Shown in pieces: positions 9,343 to 17,830 of a DNA stretch of 32,000 nt. Within the stretch, counting starts at the first letter, position 1. Each line of letters begins with the position of its first letter. The notes under the pieces are model-generated. The model was not told where the DNA came from. It did no database searches and worked only from the letters and a program-made list of their open reading frames with translations. Origin of the DNA: Candidatus Jordarchaeales archaeon (GTDB lineage: Archaea > Asgardarchaeota > Jordiarchaeia > Jordiarchaeales > Freyrarchaeaceae); the NCBI GenBank assembly GCA_038889235.1, contig JAWAHN010000001.1, forward strand, positions 90,001-122,000, given 5' to 3'. The position numbers were made by a program, and so were the translations under genes.

Positions 9343-9378
9343 CACGCCTGCAGAGAAAGGGGGGTTAAGATTGAATGT

Positions 9379-10704
9379 TTAGAGTAAGCCCCTCTTCTTC
9401 ATTTCATCTATTTCCTTAAATTTTTGGGGGAGATACTCGTCAACGACGTACGTCAGCCCATACCTACTGAAGGACTGCTGTTCCGCCTTCTTGTTCAATT
9501 CGAGGAACTTTTTCAGTTCTTTCTGCCAGAAAGGTGTTTGATATCTTGGGTCTCTTAGGAGCTCTTTGCACCTTTTTATGTCGATTTCCGTAAGCTTGTC
9601 CGTTGGGAGATTGTAGCGTTCTATGTCCGACGCCCAGACTCCCATCCAGATAGCGCTGGGTGTTGCTAATCCTACCAGGTGGGCTGCGGCGGCACTGCCG
9701 CTTATTATCACCATTGCTATGTGCGCCCCCCATGGGTCGCCATCCGTGAATATGTAAACTGGAAGTCCTAGCTCGTAGTGGAGGCGTCTTATGAAGCGCC
9801 TAGTGGAACGGGGAGCTTGCCCCGCGGTGTGTATTAATATCGCGTTAAACTTTTCGTGAACTTCTTCTTCAACGAACCTCGTGAACATGCCGCCACACTC
9901 TATGGCTATCACTTTGTCGGCGCTTGTGCGTATGAACTTCGCATTCACCAAGTGGGGCCCTATCATTACGCCGTCAGGGTTCTCGTTCATGGTAACCCTC
10001 TTGCCAGCGTACTTGGATGGCGTCGTATACTCTACGACGAGGTCGCCGTAAACGGCGCTCCGCTCCTCGGGGAATATTCTGAAGTCCTCGCGCGGTATCC
10101 TCATAACTGCCTCTACTTCAGTTATACAAGTGTCAGACTCCTGCTGGTCCTTAAACTTTATACCGAAGGCCTCGCTACTATAGTAGACGTCTCTTAGCGT
10201 GCTGCTTTTACCCATCCTGATGAGTTCCTTAACGAACCTCATAACCCAAATTAATTGCGAGAAGCTTCTAATTTGCCCGAGACTTTTAGCGGTTCTGAGT
10301 ATTTTCTTGTCCCCCAGAACGTATTGCCCGAGCTCTTCGTCAAAAACTATGTTCGAAGTGCTCCTGCTTGGTATCTCTATCGATGGAAACTCACCTTTCA
10401 AGAGCTCCTCGTAAAGCCTTTTGCCGATAAGCGTAAGGTTTTCCTCTATTTTGTTCCTGAGCTCCACCTCTTTTTCGTATTCTTCCTTCTCCCGCTCTAT
10501 CATCTTTCTGCGCCTTGCCTCGGCTGCAGTGAGCCTCCAGAAGGTTACACCGTCCTTAACCGTAGACTCAACTAGTCCTTCGGCTGCAAGCTCCTCCAGC
10601 ATTTTAAGGACTACGTCAGCGCTAGCTCCAACCTTCTTAGCTACGCTGTCAACCTTACTCCAACTTCTCGACAAAGCAGAGAGAATAGTTGCAGCCTCAA
10701 CCAT
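9379..10704 (-). CDS. top6A: DNA topoisomerase VI subunit A with extra N-terminal winged helix
   Basis: Catalytic Tyr in STLRDVYY, Toprim Glu in IECGGMF, DxD in FTDGDPWG, and KAEQQS. Directly downstream of top6B. Confidence 0.96.
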   Translation of the reverse strand: MVEAATILSALSRSWSKVDSVAKKVGASADVVLKMLEELAAEGLVESTVKDGVTFWRLTAAEARRRKMIEREKEEYEKEVELRNKIEENLTLIGKRLYEELLKGEFPSIEIPSRSTSNIVFDEELGQYVLGDKKILRTAKSLGQIRSFSQLIWVMRFVKELIRMGKSSTLRDVYYSSEAFGIKFKDQQESDTCITEVEAVMRIPREDFRIFPEERSAVYGDLVVEYTTPSKYAGKRVTMNENPDGVMIGPHLVNAKFIRTSADKVIAIECGGMFTRFVEEEVHEKFNAILIHTAGQAPRSTRRFIRRLHYELGLPVYIFTDGDPWGAHIAMVIISGSAAAAHLVGLATPSAIWMGVWASDIERYNLPTDKLTEIDIKRCKELLRDPRYQTPFWQKELKKFLELNKKAEQQSFSRYGLTYVVDEYLPQKFKEIDEMKKRGLL

Positions 10705-10710
10705 CCTTCA

Positions 10711-12672
10711 TCACTCTCCGCCTTCCTCACTTTTCTTAGATTTTCTAGCCCGCTTAGTTTCTTTACCGCTTTTGGATGGGGCCATATGTTGCCTCTTAGC
10801 TTTGGAAGACGACTTCTTTCCCTTCTTGATGGCCTCCTCTTCCTCTCTTTCTTCCTCCGCCTTCTTTTTCCTTCTTCCAGCCGCCTTTCTGCGAGGCTCT
10901 TCTGCAAACTCTGCTTCGGAGTGCACTCCGGGGTTATCTGTGAGTACCTCACTTTCCTCCATCACCTTGAGCTCCTCGACGCCCTCTATGTGTGCTTCCG
11001 TTTCAAGAGATGCTTCGCCAAGTGACTCGCTGACTTCTCCAACGTTTTCTCCACCTTCAACGAGAAGATCCATTTCTGCCGCTACACCCTTCTCCTCAAG
11101 CTCTTCAAGTAAGGGCAGTTCTTCTTCCTCAACAGCTTCTTTGGCAGCCTCTTCACCTACAATTCTCCTGTACTTTTCGAGTAGCACGCTGTAGTCCGGC
11201 TCTTTCTCTTCGTCGGCTAGGACAGTTATGTCTCTCACTATTAATGGTAGGAACTTTTCGTATATGCTGAGTCTCAGCTTTTCCCTAGCAACGCGTTCTT
11301 TCTTCTGGAGGAAACGCATCAATGCGCGGGCGCATTCCAGAATGCCGCGCCTTATTTCAACCTCTATCTCTGGACGGTCTGCGATAAACTCTTTTCCGGC
11401 AGTCTTGAACGGTATGTTGGTGCTGACCAAGTGGACGAAGATCGCTATGGGCATCCCCGGCTTTATCTTGTACCTTGACCACTTTATCGACCTTATCACT
11501 TTAGCGGAGACGTCCTTGTACTCGTCGAAAAGGAGGGGGATCTTGTTCGCAAACCTGTAGAGGATTATTTCTTCACTGCGCGGCACGTTTCCACCATAAG
11601 CTATACCGACTTCGACTATGAATGGGTGGCCACCGTATGACGATGGCGGGCGCTGAACCACCTTAACGAAGTCCGGGTTGAGCTCCTTTCGTATGCCCGC
11701 CTCCAGTAACTCCTCCCCCAATGGTGAGAGACACTTGGCGTCCGGTGGGAGAAAACCCTTATAAGTCTTCATCTTTCTCGCCAACAGCACTATCTCGTCC
11801 GGACTAAGCTCCTTTGGGTCCTTGTCCTTACTTATCCCGATTTCCTCCAGGAATTTTTCAGCTATCTTCTTACCGACTCTGTGAAAGTGCGTTTTGAGGA
11901 ATGAGACCATGTCACGAGTCTGGGTCTCACTTATTATCCGTCTTAGCTGTTCAACGTCAACTCCTCGTGGGTGGGGGAGGACCTCCGTTGGAGGGGGTGG
12001 CATTTTATCAACGCTTCTTGGGAAGAAGTACAGAACCCCGTCGGGGTCAACAAAAGTTATAGTTGCATATGGAGTTATTAGGGCTGTCTGTCTTACGTAT
12101 TCGAGGACGTAGCGCTTAGCCCTAACCCAATCTCCTTCTATCTGAAACTCCACAGCGAGCCCATGCCACCCTTTTTTCCCCTTCCTGCGAGTCCACTCGA
12201 GAAGAACCGGCTTATTGTTTTGGATGTCTATTCTCAAAGTTACATCGTAGACCCATTCGTCCCCTATAGGGGCTGAAATCACGCGAAGAGGTTGATGCGT
12301 CGTGATCTGCCCATAGAGGAACGCCATTTTTCCTCCTAGCCCAAACCTCCCTCTAGCCTGCTTGTGAGTGTACTTGGATCCGTAAAGTATCTGGCCGAAG
12401 CAGCTCTGGATGTTATCTCTCGGTACGCCTATCCCATTGTCTATAACAGTTAGCCTGAAAGTGTTCTCGCCTAAATCTTCAACGGAGGCAAATATTTCTG
12501 GAAGTATCCTTCCGTCCTCACAAGCATCCAGACTGTTTTCGATGAGCTCCCTCACTGCAGTATACAGTGCCCTCATCGGGTTGTCGAAACCGGCTATATC
12601 TCTGTTCCTATAGAAGAAGTCTGCTGGACTAATAGCTTCAAACTTCGTTTCGACAGCAGCGTCCATCTTCAA
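10711..12672 (-). CDS. top6B: DNA topoisomerase VI subunit B with long charged C-terminal tail
   Basis: GHKL motifs ELIENSLDA, DNGIG and GRFGLGGK, an H2TH region, KWSRY, and transducer RFANKIPL. Start is TTG 12672 or ATG 12666. Confidence 0.96.
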   Translation of the reverse strand: MKMDAAVETKFEAISPADFFYRNRDIAGFDNPMRALYTAVRELIENSLDACEDGRILPEIFASVEDLGENTFRLTVIDNGIGVPRDNIQSCFGQILYGSKYTHKQARGRFGLGGKMAFLYGQITTHQPLRVISAPIGDEWVYDVTLRIDIQNNKPVLLEWTRRKGKKGWHGLAVEFQIEGDWVRAKRYVLEYVRQTALITPYATITFVDPDGVLYFFPRSVDKMPPPPTEVLPHPRGVDVEQLRRIISETQTRDMVSFLKTHFHRVGKKIAEKFLEEIGISKDKDPKELSPDEIVLLARKMKTYKGFLPPDAKCLSPLGEELLEAGIRKELNPDFVKVVQRPPSSYGGHPFIVEVGIAYGGNVPRSEEIILYRFANKIPLLFDEYKDVSAKVIRSIKWSRYKIKPGMPIAIFVHLVSTNIPFKTAGKEFIADRPEIEVEIRRGILECARALMRFLQKKERVAREKLRLSIYEKFLPLIVRDITVLADEEKEPDYSVLLEKYRRIVGEEAAKEAVEEEELPLLEELEEKGVAAEMDLLVEGGENVGEVSESLGEASLETEAHIEGVEELKVMEESEVLTDNPGVHSEAEFAEEPRRKAAGRRKKKAEEEREEEEAIKKGKKSSSKAKRQHMAPSKSGKETKRARKSKKSEEGGE

Positions 12673-13009
12673 ACACCCACAAGCAACAAGTGAAGAGCTA
12701 CATGCACCTTAAACACGTATCAGACAAAGCACAAAGCATCAATTTTACTTTCAGCGTCACTCTACAGAAAATGTTTAACAAAGATTATATAAATTCACCT
12801 GTTATTTGCGAAGCACTTAAAGTAACAGTCGGGTCGCACGAGTAACGTGAGGGAAGCTTGAACAATTACTTCAAAAGTTGTTTGCTTTTTATTTGTAACC
12901 TGCAACGTTCAAATAAACGTTCTTAAAACTTGAGCCCTCATATTATGCAGATTTGCAAACTTACAAGCTGGTAAGTAATGGGAGCTGGAGACGCTTTGTA
13001 CTTCTTCCT

Positions 13010-13684
13010 TTAGGCATGCGTTAAAGCGCCAGCAAGACTGTGGAGCGCAGAGTAAATAGGGAATGCTGGATTCCACTGCGGGTAGAGTAGGAGGCAGACG
13101 GCTAGTGTTATAAGCGAAGATAATACCGCGCCGGCGACCGACTGCAGCAACGTGTGGGCTTCAAGCTTCACCCTAGCCCATATCAGGGCTGCAACCAGGA
13201 TGAAGGAGAGGGAGCCAACTAGCCCGTAGATGTAAGTGAACGAGGTCGCCGGTCCCCCTATTCCAGCCGTGTGGACACTTATTTTCCACTTAAAATTGAC
13301 CAGCGCGCACGCCAACGTCACAAAAAAGTATGATAGAGCTAAAAGCAGCATTATAGTCGAAGCGTAGTAGGCGAAAACAATGGAGGCTAATCCGTATCCA
13401 ATAAGCCCTATCGCGTAAAATATTCGGCGTTTCTCCTTCTCTGTCCTATTAAAGGAGATTATTCCTTTCCAGAGAGCATATAATAACGGTATCCCTGGAA
13501 GTAGCACCATGGTTGCTATGCCTATTATTGCGCAGTGTAATGGTGTAAGATATGGTCCGGTTCCTATTGGTGAAAAGAAGGAGTAGACGAAAACAGCAAT
13601 AGCCGTCACGTTCTGAGCGGGGAAGAGTTTCGAGAGAATGTTTGCAAGCGTCACGCCGAGGTCCTTTTTTTCCACGAAGACCAC
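13010..13684 (-). CDS. PAP2-superfamily-like membrane protein
   Basis: Multiple TM helices with WKISVHTAG and WARVKLEAHTLLQSVAG, matching the PAP2-like C2/C3 motif arrangement. Confidence 0.75.
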   Translation of the reverse strand: MVFVEKKDLGVTLANILSKLFPAQNVTAIAVFVYSFFSPIGTGPYLTPLHCAIIGIATMVLLPGIPLLYALWKGIISFNRTEKEKRRIFYAIGLIGYGLASIVFAYYASTIMLLLALSYFFVTLACALVNFKWKISVHTAGIGGPATSFTYIYGLVGSLSFILVAALIWARVKLEAHTLLQSVAGAVLSSLITLAVCLLLYPQWNPAFPIYSALHSLAGALTHA

Positions 13685-13702
13685 GATCCACTAAGCTGGG
13701 GA

Positions 13703-13718
13703 CATTTTTTAAAAGTTT
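13703..13718 (-). promoter_or_regulatory. BRE/TATA-like element of the PAP2-like gene
   Basis: The minus strand reads CAAAAAACTTTTAAAA about 20-35 nt upstream of the GTG start at 13684, suggesting a short or leaderless transcript. Confidence 0.45.
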
Positions 13719-13741
13719 TTGTTTTTTGTTGCTGGCGTTGC

Positions 13742-14182
13742 CTACTTGTGCTTTAAGCTCTCGTTCAAATATACTAGTACCGGTAGGGATACGAGTGCGC
13801 AGGCTAGGTATGCTACGGAGTGGTAGAAGGTGGTATCCGGGAAGAGAAACGCGACAAGCAAGAGCAACACCTGTCCAGGCTGGCTGGACGCTAAGAAGGA
13901 CGCGAAGCGTGACGAGACGAAGAGAACTATGTGAGCGCTTGGGAAAGCAGCGCTCCGCTTAAAGAGGGTGAACGCCAAGAGGGAGACCAGCCCTAGAATT
14001 CCCGAGAGTAGTGGAAGAAGAACTCTAGCAAGGGCAAGCTGTTGTAGGAGCAAAGTATTCGTGTACATACCGGGTTGACCAGTATTAAAGGGAGGAGAGA
14101 GGAGGTTTATGAAGGCTGAGGAGAGGGGGAGAACGGATAAAAGAGACAAGTAAAGGATAACAAGGAGGAGGCCACGCTTCAT
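13742..14182 (-). CDS. Hypothetical membrane protein (about 4 hydrophobic segments)
   Basis: 146 aa, very hydrophobic, co-oriented with and 9 bp downstream of the molbindin gene. Confidence 0.55.
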   Translation of the reverse strand: MKRGLLLVILYLSLLSVLPLSSAFINLLSPPFNTGQPGMYTNTLLLQQLALARVLLPLLSGILGLVSLLAFTLFKRSAAFPSAHIVLFVSSRFASFLASSQPGQVLLLLVAFLFPDTTFYHSVAYLACALVSLPVLVYLNESLKHK

Positions 14183-14191
14183 TCTCGAAGT

Positions 14192-14410
14192 TCACCCTTT
14201 TACCACTATGACTTCCGTTGCTTTAAATATCACGTCCACTTCATCCCCTTCTTTTAGTTCAAGTTCTATTGCAGCCTCACTAGTTATTAGAGCGGTTACC
14301 TCTTCAACTTTCTCCACCTTCACCCAAACTTTGGTCAAAGCACCATCCTGCTCGACTCTTGCTACGCGTCCGGTGAACACGTTTCTAGCGCTAACCTTCA
14401 CGGCTAACAC
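14192..14410 (-). CDS. Molybdate/tungstate-binding TOBE protein (Mop/molbindin)
   Basis: VSARNVFTGRV...ALITSEAAIELELKEGDEVDVIFKATEV is the classic single TOBE/Mop signature. Confidence 0.92.
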   Translation of the reverse strand: MLAVKVSARNVFTGRVARVEQDGALTKVWVKVEKVEEVTALITSEAAIELELKEGDEVDVIFKATEVIVVKG

Positions 14411-14434
14411 CTCAAGCGCATTTAACCGGCGGCT

Positions 14435-15019
14435 CTAGAGTGGTTCCTCCTTATTGATGGCTACCTCCGTCGCCTTCACTAGAAGTTTTACTTCGTCCCC
14501 AGGCTTCAGGTTGAGCTCTTCTGCTGACATGGAAGATATGGCGGCGACAATTTCCGTGGGGCGGTTAACCTCAACTTTGACGACAGCTGTCGAGCCGTTT
14601 ATCCCAACTAGCTTAACTCTTCCGTGAAGAACATTCTTGTCTGGGATTGAAAGTCCGCACGCCTCCCACATCTCCGGGTTTTTCAAGACGTTATCTATGA
14701 AGCGGCTGAAGCGCATGTACTTCGAAAGTAGGCGCTTGCCTTCCTCGGTCAAACGTGTTCCCCCCTTCTCACGCCCACCCCTAGTCGACACGACGATTCT
14801 TATGCCGAGTTTGCTTTCAATCCTCCTGAGATATTTCCAAGCATACTTGTACGAGACGCCAAGTCGCCTAGCCGCAGAGCTAAGGCTTCCCTTTTCGTTT
14901 ATCCCCTTCAGCAGCTCTGCCCCCCCTCTTCCGATTACGCTTTCACCGCGGTATTCAAGCCAAACTTTCACTTTGGGTTTAACACTCAAGTTGGAAGCCT
15001 CCAAGAGTTGTGATCCCAC
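14435..15019 (-). CDS. modE: ModE-family regulator (ModE-type HTH plus one TOBE domain)
   Basis: IGRGGAELLKGINEKGSLSSAARRLGVSYKYAW and RGGREKGGTRLTEEG, followed by C-terminal TOBE (KNVLHG...SAEELNLKPGDEVKLLVKATEV). Confidence 0.88.
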   Translation of the reverse strand: MGSQLLEASNLSVKPKVKVWLEYRGESVIGRGGAELLKGINEKGSLSSAARRLGVSYKYAWKYLRRIESKLGIRIVVSTRGGREKGGTRLTEEGKRLLSKYMRFSRFIDNVLKNPEMWEACGLSIPDKNVLHGRVKLVGINGSTAVVKVEVNRPTEIVAAISSMSAEELNLKPGDEVKLLVKATEVAINKEEPL

Positions 15020-15023
15020 GCTT

Positions 15024-16436
15024 CTAGATACGTGTTATCGTGCCAGAAACTGTGCTGCCGACAACATCCATACTGGAGTGATCATCCCTTTTAACATTAC
15101 TCGTTTGAAACTCTACAATTTTGTTTGCGTCATCTATTTTACCTTGCAGGCTACCAGAGGCGAATAACTCTTCGAGCATTTTAACCAGAAGCCTTTCGCT
15201 TACACCAACTTTCTCAGCAATGCTTTCCGTACGGATGCGCGAGTAGACTTTCGCCAGCTCGCTTATCCTCTTCCGAACAAAGTCGAGGGAGACTAAACGG
15301 TTTCCATCCATAACCCCCCTAAAGCCCTCCCGCACCATCTCTTCGAAAACAGAAACAATATCTTCGTCCCTTATCACGGGGCGCCCCTTAAAACTAGCCT
15401 TTGGGACGTCTTCAAGAGAGACAACACCCTTCAATTCGAGAAGTTCTCTAAGCACGCCGCTAAGGTTTTGAAGAGCCTTGGCCCGCTCAGCTCCCATCAA
15501 ATCCAACTCTTTTGCCAGCTCTTCGAGTTTTTCTTCTTCCTTTTCGAAAATATTTAGGCCCCATCCCCCAGTCTTAACTATCTGGAACTTAAGTTCCTCG
15601 GCGAACTCATCAAGTTCCACCAGACATTTGTCAGCAGTCTTCATGTCGCCGCTCTCTAAAGCACTCTCTAACTCCTTTAAACGCCGTCTAAAATCCTCTA
15701 GCGCGTTAAACACGTTAACGCTTAGTTCAATCCATTCACCTTCGTTGCCGGAAAAACCGAACCTTCTCGCAAAAGACTCAAGAACACGCTTCGCCTCAGC
15801 CCTAATCTCAGGCTCGCCGGAGTTTAAGAGGGGTATCACGTGTATTATCGCTTCGTGCAACCCCATCTCGCGTATGGTTTTCAAAGAAGCGTAAACCACG
15901 TCTACACTCTCGTCTTTGAGGGTTGTGATCAAGTGGGGCAAAACATCCTCTTTCCTAAATAATTCCAGAGATCTAACAGCCGCAACTCTCACAATAGGGT
16001 CACTGTTACGTAAAGCTTTCACTAAACCATGTAAACCCGACTCGTTTCTCAAACGTTTGAGAGCGTTAACAGCCTCCAGCCTAACTTCTATAGATGGATC
16101 TTCCAGTGCTTCTACAAAGTATGGCGCCAGCTTTGAGTCCCCAACTTCTCCCAAGATTACAATGGCTATTAATCTTAGGCTAGGATCTGCATCCTTCATT
16201 AAATCAACCAGTTGAAGCGTGAAAGAACGGCTACCGACAATACTGGTCAGTCTAGCTAGGAAAAGCGGCAAATAAAAGCTGGGGAACTTAAGTCTCCTTA
16301 AAAAGCTAGTAAAAGTCTCCGGGTCCACCCTAACAAGGAAGCGAAGACATTCCCGGACGTTCAGAGGGGGCCTCCTTAACAGGCCAACCAGCTTTTTAAC
16401 GAGCTCCCTATCGCCAATCTTACTTTGCAAATGCAA
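15024..16436 (-). CDS. HEAT-repeat protein with C-terminal PCI-type winged helix
   Basis: About five HEAT_2/PBS-lyase-like repeats (e.g. LEDPSIEVRLEAVNAL, LRNSDPIVRVAAVRSL), a helical linker, then YSRIRTESIAEKVGVSERLLVKMLEELFASGSLQGKIDDANKIVEF (PCI pattern). TTG start with GGAGG upstream. Confidence 0.8.
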   Translation of the reverse strand: MHLQSKIGDRELVKKLVGLLRRPPLNVRECLRFLVRVDPETFTSFLRRLKFPSFYLPLFLARLTSIVGSRSFTLQLVDLMKDADPSLRLIAIVILGEVGDSKLAPYFVEALEDPSIEVRLEAVNALKRLRNESGLHGLVKALRNSDPIVRVAAVRSLELFRKEDVLPHLITTLKDESVDVVYASLKTIREMGLHEAIIHVIPLLNSGEPEIRAEAKRVLESFARRFGFSGNEGEWIELSVNVFNALEDFRRRLKELESALESGDMKTADKCLVELDEFAEELKFQIVKTGGWGLNIFEKEEEKLEELAKELDLMGAERAKALQNLSGVLRELLELKGVVSLEDVPKASFKGRPVIRDEDIVSVFEEMVREGFRGVMDGNRLVSLDFVRKRISELAKVYSRIRTESIAEKVGVSERLLVKMLEELFASGSLQGKIDDANKIVEFQTSNVKRDDHSSMDVVGSTVSGTITRI

Positions 16437-16952
16437 GCAGTCTCCCTCCTCCCAAAAAAGAGATTAGAAATGTGTAAGTTCAAAGAGACAAAGACATATT
16501 AGAATTTTTTGGTGTCCCGGTAATTGGCAAGAACAATACATACGTCTTAAAATTTAGATAAAAATGTGGTTTTTAGAGGTGCGCCTTGGAAGTTTAATGG
16601 CGTTTAATTTTAGGAGGTGTTGAAGAACAGCGGTGTGAAGTTACCTTTAGAAGTGTGCTAAACAAAAATTTGGGTGGTGATGGTAAGGAATAGATTTAAA
16701 TATCATTCCTTCCTCTAGAGTCTATGCGAAACGTGAGATGTCTCATGTGGTGTTTTTGCGAAAAATTCTATTTAAAAAGATAATATTGTGAAAATCACGA
16801 AAAAGGGTGATTGAAGAGTTTGCTTTTGCCACTGCCGTTGTAGTTTAACTTGTTGAATCGTCGTCCTCGGGGTTGGATACTTTATGCTGCCGCAAAAATC
16901 TCGTAACTGTTTCAGGAAGTTGTTATCCCCCCCTAAACTAGAGGGGTCAGGG

Positions 16953-17828
16953 ATGGTTGAGTGGAATGGAGGACACCTGAAGGAGGAAGGCTCCTTCCTT
17001 GAACTTCCAATAAATCTTGGTAGTCTAGCTGACAGAATAACATTCTTTAGAGAGTTTGGCGGGCTTCTTGGTATAAGAGGAGAAGTGATTTATGTTGAGG
17101 TCAAACCTTTAGGAACCTTCTTGAACGAAGTTGACCGTGTGACTGTAATTACGACTAAAGGGGACTACGACTTCGTTCTAAAAACCTTTTCTTCCTGGGG
17201 GTTCTTGAAGTGGTTCCCGCTTTGGGTTGCTTCTTATGCCAGGGCGAACTTTAGCATAAGCGGGAAGAGCAGGCTGAAAAACGAGTTGAGGGCGCGTGTG
17301 GTGTTAGCGAAAACCGGGGTTAAAATACCTGACCTCTACTGCTACGACATGAAAAACATGAAAATACTGTATGAGTTCGTTGACGGTGAGAATCTCGACG
17401 AGAAAGTGAAGGCATCTAGGAGCAATGGTAATGCAGAAGATTTAGAGAACATTTACAGAAGGGTTGGATTAGAGATTTCTAGGATCCACTCTTCAGGTTT
17501 TGCTCTAGGGGACTGTAAGCCAGCAAACATCATTCATTCAAACGACGGGCAACTCTACTACGTAGACTTAGAGCAGGCGAAAAGCGGCAACTTAAGGCTT
17601 GCGGGATGGGATATCTGTGAGTTCCTAATGTTCACGGGGCGTTTCTTCCTGCTTCCGGGAAAAGCAAGGAGGCTCTGCGAGGCCTTTGTCCAAGGCTACC
17701 TGGAGGAGGGAGACAAAAGGGCATTAAGGGAGGCGGCATCCATAAAGATGAGCCAGCCTTTCATGGGTTTCGTCTCCCCCGCGGTCATACAAGTTATTAG
17801 GAACCTCATGCTGGAATACTCCGAGTGA
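16953..17828 (+). CDS. Atypical protein-kinase-like phosphotransferase (Bud32/RIO/Kdo-WaaP-like); start re-called to ATG 16953
   Basis: FVLKTF, NELRA, IPDLY, YEFVDG, catalytic loop LGDCKPANII, and YVDLEQA. GAGGGG lies upstream of ATG 16953. Confidence 0.8.
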   Translation: MVEWNGGHLKEEGSFLELPINLGSLADRITFFREFGGLLGIRGEVIYVEVKPLGTFLNEVDRVTVITTKGDYDFVLKTFSSWGFLKWFPLWVASYARANFSISGKSRLKNELRARVVLAKTGVKIPDLYCYDMKNMKILYEFVDGENLDEKVKASRSNGNAEDLENIYRRVGLEISRIHSSGFALGDCKPANIIHSNDGQLYYVDLEQAKSGNLRLAGWDICEFLMFTGRFFLLPGKARRLCEAFVQGYLEEGDKRALREAASIKMSQPFMGFVSPAVIQVIRNLMLEYSE

Positions 17829-17830
17829 AG

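Noticed and set aside
10530-10704. Calling the Top6A extension a Z-DNA-binding Z-alpha domain
   Set aside because: Only the wing Trp matches; the Asn/Tyr of helix 3 and the Pro-Pro wing motif are missing. Kept only as a generic winged helix.
10421-11194. 257-aa Ser-rich ORF antisense to the top6B tail and top6A start, and other long antisense ORFs (e.g. 22815..23561, 29796..30317)
   Set aside because: These are shadow ORFs of charged or biased coding sequence on the opposite strand, with no independent motifs.
16560-16850. Tiny ORFs behind Shine-Dalgarno-like sequences (e.g. MVRNRFKYHSFL, MLKNSGVKLPLEVC)
   Set aside because: They are 10-19 codons long with poor SD spacing and no recognisable content, consistent with chance in a G/T-rich strand.
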